A stretch of 64,000 nt of DNA from Nitrosopumilus sp. (GTDB taxonomy: Archaea; Thermoproteota; Nitrososphaeria; Nitrososphaerales; Nitrosopumilaceae). Location of the stretch: assembly GCA_965218785.1 (NCBI GenBank), contig OZ244650.1:512001-576000 (forward strand), written 5' to 3'. How positions within the stretch are numbered: the stretch's first letter is position 1; each line of letters opens with the position of its first letter. A program made the translations under genes and the position numbers. The notes beneath the pieces are model-generated. The model was not told where the DNA came from. It searched no databases and worked only from the letters and a program-made list of their open reading frames with translations. Positions 37,726 through 46,527 of the stretch are shown one piece after another.

Positions 37726-39789
37726 ATGGCAGCCAACCCTTTTACACAACTTGTGTTTGATCTGTTTATTATTTCAGCTGTGATAATCACTGCATACACA
37801 TGCAACTTTTACTATCTTGCATTCCTTTCTCGAAAAAGAAAGGACATTATGCCTACTGTTGATCTGGGAACCCCGTCAATTACGATACAGCTGCCAATAT
37901 ACAATGAAAAATATGTTGCAAAACGTCTTGTGGATTCGGTGTGTACCATGGACTATCCAAAATCGAAGATGAGGATCATGGTACTAGATGACTCTGATGA
38001 TGACACCGTGGGTCTGCTTGAAGATACAGTTGATAATTACAGGAACCAGGGATTTCAGATTGAACATGTCCGACGCGGAACCAGAAAGGGGTACAAGGCA
38101 GGGGCATTAAAGCACGCCATGCAGACGACTGACACGGAACTTGTTGCAATCTTTGATGCCGACTTTATTCCGCCCAAATGGTTTCTCAAAAGAGCCATCC
38201 CTCATTTTTCAAAACCAAACATCGGACTCATCCAGTGTCGGTGGGGTCATGTAAACGAAAATTACTCTGCAATCACCCAGGCACAGGCACTGAGTCTTGA
38301 CTTTCACTTTCTTATCGAACAAAAGGCCAAAAGCAACTCACACCTGTTTATGAACTTTAATGGCACTGCCGGAATTTGGAAACGTGACTGTATTGTGGAT
38401 GCCGGCGGCTGGCACTCTGCCACGCTAGTTGAGGATCTCGACCTTAGTTACAGGGCACAGATGAAGGGCTGGAAGTGCGTCTTTCTGCCAGACATTGTAG
38501 TTGATGCAGAACTGCCCGTTCAGATGAACGCAGCTAAAAGACAGCAGTTTCGCTGGGCCAAGGGCTCCATTCAATGTGCGATAAAACTGCTTACTGATAT
38601 AACCGTCAAACGCAAGGTGGCAGTGGAGGCAAAGATTCAGGCCTTCATACAACTGACCCGCCACATCGTCTATCCGCTAATGCTGATACAGTTTCTGACA
38701 CTGCCGATTCTGCTGGCAGCAGAGATTAACCTGTATGTCGTAAGCGTTATTCCTGCCATAACCATTGCAACATATCTTGCAATGGGTCCTGGCGCATACA
38801 TCGTAATTATTCAGGGCATGTATCACGAGTCATGGAAGTCCAAGGCAAAGATACTGCCTGCACTGCTAATCTATAACGCCGGAATGTCAGTCAACAATAC
38901 AGTTGCCGTCTTTGATGCGGTATTTGGAAAGAGTAACGAATTTCTCAGAACCCCCAAATATGGAATCATTACAAAAGATGATGACTGGAAAAACAAGGCA
39001 TACAATCTGCCCTTCACACAGACGACCCTTCTGGAAATATTTTTTGGCGTGTATGGAATAATGGGGATATTTGTCGCGATATTTTCAAACAATTCCATAT
39101 TTGTACCGATAATTGCGCTTCAGGCCATAGGCTTTTTCTTTATTGCCTACATGAGCCTGTCCCATACACAGTTTAAAAGAAATAAATCCGGCGCCGCTCG
39201 GGTACTGACTAGGAGCGAGAAGATGGCCGATATTATCTACAAACTATCCATGATTGGAATTGCTGGAATCATAGTTTTTGGAGGATATATGGCCATTACG
39301 GGGTACCATGCCGATATCTACCCGCTTGATCTGATGAGGGGATACATGACTGCGATAATCGGCTCATCTGATCCGACTGCGATTCGCTCCTATTTGACTA
39401 CAACGCAGGTACAGATGGATATTATCTTAGAAAAACTGCCTGAAATGACAGGCATCGACGGCAAGATCTCTAAAAACCCTGTATGGCTGTTTCCCACCGA
39501 GGCTACAAACTTTCTAAGAATACAAAATGATATAGACACCATGATGGCAAGCATTGAAAAAATATCAACGGTTCCAAGGGACAGTTCTGCATACCATACT
39601 GGAATGCTGGATCTCAATGACAGGGCCATATCTTTGAGGGCCGATATCGTAGATGCCACTCCGTACATGTACGTGCAGATTCAAAACATTATCTTCAGTG
39701 TCATCTGGATTGTCGCCATATTGGGAATATTTGCTACATTAAAACGAAAGAAGGATCGTCTCATGAAAGTCGATGAATCCGGAGTTTAA
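37726..39789 (+). CDS. Processive GT2 glycosyltransferase (cellulose synthase-like)
   Basis: QLPIYNE, DDS, GYKAGAL, FDAD, VED and QQFRW motifs; multiple TM segments. Confidence 0.92.
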   Translation: MAANPFTQLVFDLFIISAVIITAYTCNFYYLAFLSRKRKDIMPTVDLGTPSITIQLPIYNEKYVAKRLVDSVCTMDYPKSKMRIMVLDDSDDDTVGLLEDTVDNYRNQGFQIEHVRRGTRKGYKAGALKHAMQTTDTELVAIFDADFIPPKWFLKRAIPHFSKPNIGLIQCRWGHVNENYSAITQAQALSLDFHFLIEQKAKSNSHLFMNFNGTAGIWKRDCIVDAGGWHSATLVEDLDLSYRAQMKGWKCVFLPDIVVDAELPVQMNAAKRQQFRWAKGSIQCAIKLLTDITVKRKVAVEAKIQAFIQLTRHIVYPLMLIQFLTLPILLAAEINLYVVSVIPAITIATYLAMGPGAYIVIIQGMYHESWKSKAKILPALLIYNAGMSVNNTVAVFDAVFGKSNEFLRTPKYGIITKDDDWKNKAYNLPFTQTTLLEIFFGVYGIMGIFVAIFSNNSIFVPIIALQAIGFFFIAYMSLSHTQFKRNKSGAARVLTRSEKMADIIYKLSMIGIAGIIVFGGYMAITGYHADIYPLDLMRGYMTAIIGSSDPTAIRSYLTTTQVQMDIILEKLPEMTGIDGKISKNPVWLFPTEATNFLRIQNDIDTMMASIEKISTVPRDSSAYHTGMLDLNDRAISLRADIVDATPYMYVQIQNIIFSVIWIVAILGIFATLKRKKDRLMKVDESGV

Positions 39790-41165
39790 GGAATATTTAG
39801 ATCCCTTCTAATTTCATCTACTGCCCTGATTCCGTAAATATCCCTTACCTGTTGAATTCTTACGGCCTCTTTTAGCATGTCCCTTCCAATTGCATTAGTC
39901 AGAATCGAGTAGACGTCACTGAATCGAATCTCCCATCTGTCTGCACAATCCAAGATCTTACTTACCGCCCACTGTCTTACCTCGTGTGGCAGTGGAATCT
40001 TTTCGCCTGACTCGATTGAAATCCTGTCAAACAGATTGACGATATCTGCAGTCTGTGCTGCCATTATTTCAAGATCCTTGGAATTCCCATATTTTGACTC
40101 TGTGTTCATTCTGATGTTTGACTGATATTCGGAGAGCTTTAGCAGTGCCATCATCTCTTTTGACGAGTCAGTTGATGTCTTGCTTGTAACGCTTTTGAGC
40201 GATTGCAACTCTTCAAACAACCTCTCGGATTTTTTATGAAATTCCGCAGTGGATACATCCTGTCTTTTTACGATTTCTGAAACCGAAGACATTTCCCCTT
40301 CAATCCTGCCTATCTTGTCTTCAAGCTCCTTTATTGATTCTAGGCTCAGCCCCTCCACGGAACTAGTCTTTAATGCTATGGTGTCAAACTGCTGCCTGAG
40401 CCCGTCTATTACACCGCCCAATGAATCAATCTTTGATGCCTTGGATGATATGGCATCAATTGTTATCTTGATTGCATCAAGTTCTGCGTTAAGCTTTGCT
40501 TGGTCTCCTGTCTCCTCTACAATCCTTCCAAGTTCCTCTTTGAGACTCTTGAGAACTTGGTCTCCTGCCTCCAACTTTACGGTCTTTCCTGAAATCTCAT
40601 CTATGCTGTTTTTCAATCTGTTTATCTCAGAGCCGATCTGCATGATTGAATCGGTCTTTCCGGAAACATTCCTGAGATCATCTCTTACCTCGTCGATTCT
40701 TTGTGCAATTTTGATGATCATCTCGGAGTTATTTTTAATCGAATGTATGCTGTCTTCTACCTGTTTGGATAACTCTTGGGATTTTGATGCCTTTTGTAAT
40801 TCTGTGACACTGTTAATCTCCTGTTGCAGTCTGTCAGTTTGATTATTAATCTTGCTTATCATGCTAGACTGTGTTCTTACCTGGTTTAATCCCGCGTACA
40901 ACTTTTGCGTGTCCTCCTCTATGATGTTGATCTGCCTTGATTGTTTTTGAATGTGCTCCAATGTTGATGTCAGCGTATCTATCATGCCCTTCATTGATAT
41001 CAGAACCTTTTGATTATCCCCGAAAATTTTTGACATTGCCTTGATCTCCTTTTGCAATGCCTTGTTGGAATCTGAAACCGATGCCACTTTCTTTAGTAAT
41101 GCTGATGGACTCGGCTCCCTGCCAGCTTTTTTCTTTACTGTCTTTTTGATGGCCATACAAATCAA
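39786..41165 (-). CDS. Long coiled-coil protein
   Basis: About 330 aa of heptad-rich sequence, basic N-terminus, globular C-terminus; no TM segment. Confidence 0.8.
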   Translation of the reverse strand: MICMAIKKTVKKKAGREPSPSALLKKVASVSDSNKALQKEIKAMSKIFGDNQKVLISMKGMIDTLTSTLEHIQKQSRQINIIEEDTQKLYAGLNQVRTQSSMISKINNQTDRLQQEINSVTELQKASKSQELSKQVEDSIHSIKNNSEMIIKIAQRIDEVRDDLRNVSGKTDSIMQIGSEINRLKNSIDEISGKTVKLEAGDQVLKSLKEELGRIVEETGDQAKLNAELDAIKITIDAISSKASKIDSLGGVIDGLRQQFDTIALKTSSVEGLSLESIKELEDKIGRIEGEMSSVSEIVKRQDVSTAEFHKKSERLFEELQSLKSVTSKTSTDSSKEMMALLKLSEYQSNIRMNTESKYGNSKDLEIMAAQTADIVNLFDRISIESGEKIPLPHEVRQWAVSKILDCADRWEIRFSDVYSILTNAIGRDMLKEAVRIQQVRDIYGIRAVDEIRRDLNIP

Positions 41166-41217
41166 ATTAAAATGTTAATGATAAAAAAGTTGGGAATAAA
41201 ATAAAAAATGTAAAGAG

Positions 41218-41325
41218 TTACTTGTTTACAACTTTGGGCTCGTGAAGTAATTCATGAAAGGTCTTTTCGGCTAGACCGTTTGCAGTCTCTATGAACCCTC
41301 TTGTACAGTATTCGCATTGAATCAT
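41218..41325 (-). CDS. 35-aa C2H2 zinc-finger-like micro-protein (MIQCEYCTRGFIETANGLAEKTFHELLHEPKVVNK)
   Basis: CxxC-x3-F...HxxxH pattern; TTATTAA box about 25-30 nt upstream; T-rich tract downstream. Confidence 0.7.
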   Translation of the reverse strand: MIQCEYCTRGFIETANGLAEKTFHELLHEPKVVNK

Positions 41326-41350
41326 ATAGTACGGTATGGTACCGTACTAT
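41326..41350. promoter_or_regulatory. Perfect palindrome ATAGTACGGTA-TGG-TACCGTACTAT between TATA box and start of the micro-protein gene
   Basis: 11-bp perfect arms with a 3-nt spacer. Confidence 0.65.
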
Positions 41351-41570
41351 TAATAACCGGGTAATTACAACCTAACCCATTATACAGTCAGATACCCCAG
41401 GTCATATCTCTACATTTTATTCAGTAGACCTAATCATCATCCTGCAGTTGATAACTCACATGAGGGAATTGAACATTTTGAAGGTTTTTGAGCCTGTCTG
41501 CTTGTCTGCCATCTCTGTCTCTTAGTTTCTGATGAGCAATCATTTTTAAACAATTTTATTAAATGATAAC

Positions 41571-42902
41571 ATGCAAAACGCCCCACTTCAGTTGGATTCA
41601 AGTGGAATTCAGACCTCGCTTAATAGTACTGTAAGCAGTTTGATTGAGCAGATTACTCCGGAACTTCCTCATACCAGCTTTGTCACTGATCTGGCGTTTA
41701 TCATGATTATCGGGGCAGTAGTCACACTTGCATTTTTCAAGATAAGGCAGCCGTTGATCATCGGGTATCTCTTTGCAGGAATGTTGATCGGACCATTGTC
41801 GCCGTTTTGGTCGTGGGTTCTACCAGAGGCCGGTCGGCCTACTGACGTACTTGAAGGTGTGGGAATCTTATCTGATATCTCTGCGTTGAATCTTTTCGCT
41901 GAAATCGGCGTCATCTTGCTTCTTTTTGTAATTGGCATTGAATTCCCGTATGCAAAGATCAAAAGCATTGGACGCGTGGCAGTAGGGGTTGGAACCATCG
42001 GATTGTTCTCAACGCTAGGTGTGGTATTCTACACTGCCGGCGCACTTGGAATGAACTTTATGGATTCTTTGTTTATTGCAGCTGCCATGTCCATATCAAG
42101 TACTGCAGTTATTGTCAAGATTTTAGAGGAGATGGGAAAAATCAAAAAGGAATCATCGATACTTGTTCTAGGTATTTTAATTGTTGAAGACATAATTGCC
42201 GTCATCCTGATCTCTACGCTGCAGTCTGTAGCCCTAGTTGGAACCGTCTCTATAGAATCAGTTATCGTGGTGGTGGTAGTTGCTGTGGGCCTGATCGTCG
42301 GAACATTTACTGTTGGAACCCGCGTAATTCCCCCGTTAATTGACAGGGTTGCAGGAGCAGAACACCGTGAGATTCTACTACTTAGCGTACTGGGTGTCTG
42401 TTTTGGATATGCGTTGCTGGCAAACATTGTAGGGTTGTCTGTTGCAATCGGGGCGTTTCTAGCAGGCGTCCTCGTCGCCGAATCAAAGTCCGCCGAAGTT
42501 GCAAAACTGCTTTCAAGTCCAATCAAGGACATGTTTGTGGCCATATTCTTCATATCAGTTGGTGCGCTGATGGATGTATCCCAACTTGAAAATTACATCT
42601 TTGTAGCTATTGCACTAATTGCAGTTGCAACTGGCATGAAGTTTGGAGGAAACCTGGTTGGAAATATGCTGTTCAGACAGGGACGTGGCAAGGCATTCCG
42701 TTCTGCATTTACGCTGGCAGCTCCCCGGGGTGAATTTTCAATCGTAATTGTAAAGGCCGGTGTCGATATAGGTGCTGTCAGCTCTTTTCTATTTCCATTG
42801 ATAGGAATCATCTCTATAATCACCGCGTTTATCTCCCCGTTTTTGGTAAAAGCAGGCGATAAAATAATTCCGATACTGGAAAAGAACGACGATGTCCGAT
42901 GA
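41571..42902 (+). CDS. Cation:proton antiporter (CPA2 family)
   Basis: Many TM segments; AEIGVILLLF, SSTAVIVK, LIVED, GAFLAG and RGEFS motifs. Confidence 0.93.
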   Translation: MQNAPLQLDSSGIQTSLNSTVSSLIEQITPELPHTSFVTDLAFIMIIGAVVTLAFFKIRQPLIIGYLFAGMLIGPLSPFWSWVLPEAGRPTDVLEGVGILSDISALNLFAEIGVILLLFVIGIEFPYAKIKSIGRVAVGVGTIGLFSTLGVVFYTAGALGMNFMDSLFIAAAMSISSTAVIVKILEEMGKIKKESSILVLGILIVEDIIAVILISTLQSVALVGTVSIESVIVVVVVAVGLIVGTFTVGTRVIPPLIDRVAGAEHREILLLSVLGVCFGYALLANIVGLSVAIGAFLAGVLVAESKSAEVAKLLSSPIKDMFVAIFFISVGALMDVSQLENYIFVAIALIAVATGMKFGGNLVGNMLFRQGRGKAFRSAFTLAAPRGEFSIVIVKAGVDIGAVSSFLFPLIGIISIITAFISPFLVKAGDKIIPILEKNDDVR

Positions 42903-43416
42903 GCTAAAGCGGTTGTTAGAGCAGGCACATGATGGTATTACCACGTTTGATTTTGACGGCAGGGAGACTCCCTGTATTGTTGTTGAGGCGGCAAAATATG
43001 ATGTGATACTATCAAAAGTTTCCGGACAGTCATTATCAATTGATACTGATCTAAACATTTTACAGGATGGGTTGGGAAATGTTTTTGTTGAAATAGTCCT
43101 GAGGTTTTCGAGGGGAAATATTGTTGAAAAATTCCTAATCAACGCAAAAGATGATCTAGTCTTTTTTGAAACACTTGCAAAAACATCCATGCTTGCACTC
43201 TCATCTCCGAAATCCCATTATGGAAAAGACAACGTGTTTATGATTCAACTGCCACGTCCTCAAAAGGCCCAAGATGCGTTGGAGATCATCCAAGATGCAT
43301 TGATGCCAAAAACCAGAAATAAGCGGCTCGGTATTGGCAGGGTATTTTTAAACTTTGTATGCTCAGCTTTGAGATATTTAAAGTGCAGTTACCGGGATTT
43401 GAACCCGGGTCCCTAA
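42892..43416 (+). CDS. Hypothetical protein (C-terminus runs antisense into tRNA-Gly)
   Basis: 174-aa ORF overlapping the antiporter stop; tail after about residue 140 looks non-native. Confidence 0.7.
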   Translation: MSDELKRLLEQAHDGITTFDFDGRETPCIVVEAAKYDVILSKVSGQSLSIDTDLNILQDGLGNVFVEIVLRFSRGNIVEKFLINAKDDLVFFETLAKTSMLALSSPKSHYGKDNVFMIQLPRPQKAQDALEIIQDALMPKTRNKRLGIGRVFLNFVCSALRYLKCSYRDLNPGP

Positions 43417-43457
43417 CTTGGCAAGCTAGAATATTAACCAAACTGTACTATAACTGC
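43384..43457 (-). tRNA. tRNA-Gly(GCC)
   Basis: Reverse complement GCAGTTA...CTAGC-TT-GCC-AA-GTTAG...GGTTCAAATCC...TAACTGC-A. Confidence 0.95.
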
Positions 43458-43790
43458 AACAATCCTAGAGGTTAAATATGGATATTAAACTGTTTTTTAA
43501 TTCTATTATACAAAAGTAGTTCATCCACCGCTTCATATGAAAAAAAATGGAGCCATATTGGCAAAAGACGCATCATGTCATGGAATCAATGAATTCTGTC
43601 AAATTATGGTTTTACGATCAGATATTTTTGGGATGAAATTTCGCAAAACACCATAATGTTAGTGCAGTGAAAACATACGCTTACTAACCAGAGTAATATT
43701 TTAATCAGATCCTGACAACTTTCGTATCAAAATACAACAAAATTTAAATGTTATAACTCACTCTATTAAAATAATTGGGGTTTTTCTTTA

Positions 43791-44024
43791 ATGGCTACCA
43801 AGTTTGTTAAAGATGAGTATAACGACTCCATATGGAATACTAGTAAATTCATTAAACCTAATGGGGATTTTCAACGTAATAAAGACAATCAGTTAACATT
43901 CATTCCAAAAACACTACCTCCTCCTCCAATGTCTTATGATGATGAATTTGTTATGTTGCTTGCAAAGGCTGAAAGAAAAGTAGGGGAATTAAAAGGGAAG
44001 GGAAGTGAACTGGAAATCCACTAG
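43791..44024 (+). pseudogene. Truncated Fic/DOC family protein (N-terminal fragment only)
   Basis: FIPKTLPPP...LLAKAERKVGELKG matches the Fic N-terminal region; stops long before any HPFxDGNGR motif; AT-rich context. Confidence 0.65.
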
Positions 44025-44247
44025 AGAAAATAATGCTTCCATTATCAGTCTAATCTTTTAAATGATTTAAAAAAATATCACAAATTTTTTACGAAATTTT
44101 AAAGAGTGATGCACCATGTCTGGAAAATTTAGTTTAATTTTTCTAAATCTAGTAAAACTTTAGGCATAAAACATATTTGTTTTGTTAGACAAAATAACGT
44201 AATATCGGGGATTAAACTGTTTTTAACTATTTCAGACAAGATCTAAC

Positions 44248-44511
44248 ATGGATGAAATTCTTCTAAAGAAGATGGAACAAAAAATTCAGGACGCAGTTTC
44301 AAACAAGGATGAAATCAAGCAATTAATCCATCTGTTCTCAGACATTGATGATTCAAAGTCATTTGCCCTGGGTGTCGTGGTGGGCAGAATTTACAATGCC
44401 TTTTACTATCAATCCAAGCGGATTCTAAACCGGGAACCCACTGATAAAGAGTTTGAAGAATTTTTGGAACTTGTCAAAAACATAAAGTCTGATCTAGAAA
44501 ATCTATGGTGA
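44248..44511 (+). CDS. Small hypothetical protein
   Basis: 87-aa helical ORF (FALGVVVGRIYNAFYYQ..R.P...EF.EF); TATA-like element upstream. Confidence 0.75.
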   Translation: MDEILLKKMEQKIQDAVSNKDEIKQLIHLFSDIDDSKSFALGVVVGRIYNAFYYQSKRILNREPTDKEFEEFLELVKNIKSDLENLW

Positions 44512-45012
44512 TGATTTATTCCAGTCTATGACTTTGATTGTTGGCGTACCTGGCAATTTCACACATGCACCCTTGAGTGCCTTTTTTGCGGCACTTAGGT
44601 GGTCTTCTCCATTTACATACAATTCCATTATGCACTGTCCTACCTTGACTCTGGCACCCAAACTTGTGGCCTTGCCCCACGCCCTTCTCATTCCTTCTGA
44701 AATTCTGTCTGCACCCGCAGTTGCAATCTGTTTGTTTTCTCTTAGAAGATTATGTGGATAAATCCTGAGTCTTGAATAATAACCTAGTTCACCTGTTGTC
44801 TTTTCCAATGTCTTGTTTGCTGCCAGCCTTGTTGATTCAATTGCCACGTGTCTAAGCTGAATTTTTTCATTTAGGCATAACTGGACACAGTATTGATATG
44901 TTGATCTTTTACCTCCCTGAAATTTTGCAATTTTAATCTGTGGTTTTCCCTTGATGTACTCTTTTCTGGTAAAGACCTGTCCATTACCATCCCTGTAATT
45001 GGCACCGTGCAT
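44503..45012 (-). CDS. rpl10e: 50S ribosomal protein L10e/L16 (uL16)
   Basis: YPHNLLRENK and GADRISEGMRRAWGK motifs. Confidence 0.96.
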   Translation of the reverse strand: MHGANYRDGNGQVFTRKEYIKGKPQIKIAKFQGGKRSTYQYCVQLCLNEKIQLRHVAIESTRLAANKTLEKTTGELGYYSRLRIYPHNLLRENKQIATAGADRISEGMRRAWGKATSLGARVKVGQCIMELYVNGEDHLSAAKKALKGACVKLPGTPTIKVIDWNKSSP

Positions 45013-45109
45013 GTATTCTCAAATAAAATTGCCCATATTTTAACGGTTAGTCGTGGCTTGCTCATGCCTTCCAATGCTTATATGGAAATCCATTGATTTT
45101 CTTTTCATT

Positions 45110-45673
45110 ATGGAAGAGACTCTCTTGGTCAAAGGCACTATGATTTCAGGCCAGACTTGTATTTCTGATAAGGACATGATCCACGAACTTGAAGAAAAGG
45201 GGTTCGGCGAGATTGAAAAAGAAAAATTATTCCTAAAAGAATTTGAAACTCTTTACCTACTATACACCAAGAGACTAGTCCTAAAAAAGGGAAAAACAAA
45301 GACCAATTTTGATTCCTTCATGAATCTTTGTCAAAAAAGTGATTCTGAGATTCTCACCAAATTCCTGATATACCGTGATCTTCGAAATCGTGGTTATGTT
45401 GTTAAAGACGGATTTGGATTCGGTTCTGATTTTAGAGTCTATGAAAGAGGTCACTTTGGCCAAAAGGGTGCAAAATTTTTAATCTTTGGGCTCAACGAGG
45501 GACAAAAAGAAAAGATGGGAAATCTACAAAAAAAGATCGAGGAGATCACCCAGATGGGAAAAGAACCGATAATTGCAGTAATTGAACGGCGCGGCGAAGT
45601 CATTTATTATAAAATTAACAAGATGAATTTTTATGAAAACAAATCCAGACTAGAAGAATCCTTTCAGCTATAG
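45110..45673 (+). CDS. endA: tRNA-splicing endonuclease (EndA family) subunit
   Basis: ETLYL and IYRDLRNRGYVVKDGFGFGSDFRVYERG motifs; probable start ATG 45110. Confidence 0.9.
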   Translation: MEETLLVKGTMISGQTCISDKDMIHELEEKGFGEIEKEKLFLKEFETLYLLYTKRLVLKKGKTKTNFDSFMNLCQKSDSEILTKFLIYRDLRNRGYVVKDGFGFGSDFRVYERGHFGQKGAKFLIFGLNEGQKEKMGNLQKKIEEITQMGKEPIIAVIERRGEVIYYKINKMNFYENKSRLEESFQL

Positions 45674-46329
45674 TCCTGTATTATCCATTTATATGAATAT
45701 TTTAAAAGATTGTTTTTTTCTGCATGAACAAAATCATAGACTTTGACATACTTTGTTTTATTTTCCCACAACTCTTCGAAATCCTTCACCTTTCTTTCAA
45801 CCCTTGATTTATCATTCCATGACGTAAAGACATCAACTGATTCAAAATCCCTCATCTGGGTAGAAAATGATTCACTAGACGTACCGGTAAATGCAACTGC
45901 TTGATCCTGCTCGTCTTTGAATATTCCAATTCTTTCTGAGAACGAGTCTGCAATATGCTCTGAATTTGGAATTGCTATTTTTAGTTCGATCTGACCCTTG
46001 TCTACAATACTTTGTAATTTTTTAATTTTGTTGTTTTTGATCACTTTGCCATCAAATGATCCCGTAAATTTCTCAGAAAAGAGCTTTGCAAGTATGTTAA
46101 GATCATCTGTTCTAAATCTATGACCTGTAATCATTCTTATCTTTGCCTTGCCCATGGCAAAATTATCAAATGCCATAGATATCGTGGCCAGTGTCTGAAT
46201 AGACAAAAAATCAACACATCTGTCGTATTCTATGCAGTTACTCAGACAGGGAAAGAAAAATTTCGATACTATGTCGTCCCTATCTGAACGATATTCCTCC
46301 TTTAGTTCAATCTCCCGTAAACCCAACAA
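45664..46329 (-). CDS. Stand-alone, degenerate PLD-like domain resembling the N-terminus of PLD-SF2 helicase fusions
   Basis: YRSDRDDIV..FF.P.L...YDR, IELKIA, FSERIGIFKD..VAFTGTSSE, ESVDVF.SW and FEELWEN motifs. Confidence 0.7.
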   Translation of the reverse strand: MLGLREIELKEEYRSDRDDIVSKFFFPCLSNCIEYDRCVDFLSIQTLATISMAFDNFAMGKAKIRMITGHRFRTDDLNILAKLFSEKFTGSFDGKVIKNNKIKKLQSIVDKGQIELKIAIPNSEHIADSFSERIGIFKDEQDQAVAFTGTSSESFSTQMRDFESVDVFTSWNDKSRVERKVKDFEELWENKTKYVKVYDFVHAEKNNLLKYSYKWIIQDYS

Positions 46330-46381
46330 TTCTCCATCGCTATTTTGTTATTTAAAGAAACAATTTTGTTTTTATTAGCAG

Positions 46382-46456
46382 TGCTCCCATCGGGATTTGA
46401 ACCCGAGTCTTTGGCTTGAGAAGCCAAAATGCTTAACCGGACTACACTATAGGAGC
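46382..46456 (-). tRNA. tRNA-Glu(CTC)
   Basis: Reverse complement GCTCCTA...TTGGC-TT-CTC-AA-GCCAA...GGTTCAAATCC...TGGGAGC-A. Confidence 0.95.
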
Positions 46457-46527
46457 TTGATAAAAAACAGACACAGTCTCAATTTAAAGGAAATGCTTGA
46501 ATGAATTTGTAAAACTTTGTGGGGTGA

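Noticed and set aside
40249-40842. 197-aa plus-strand ORF and the many other 60-190 aa antisense or overlapping ORFs in the track
   Set aside because: Shadow ORFs opposite well-supported genes, with antisense-typical composition.
43384-46456. Integrated provirus or plasmid between tRNA-Gly and tRNA-Glu
   Set aside because: The interval holds core genes (rpl10e, endA); no integrase or duplicated tRNA end seen.
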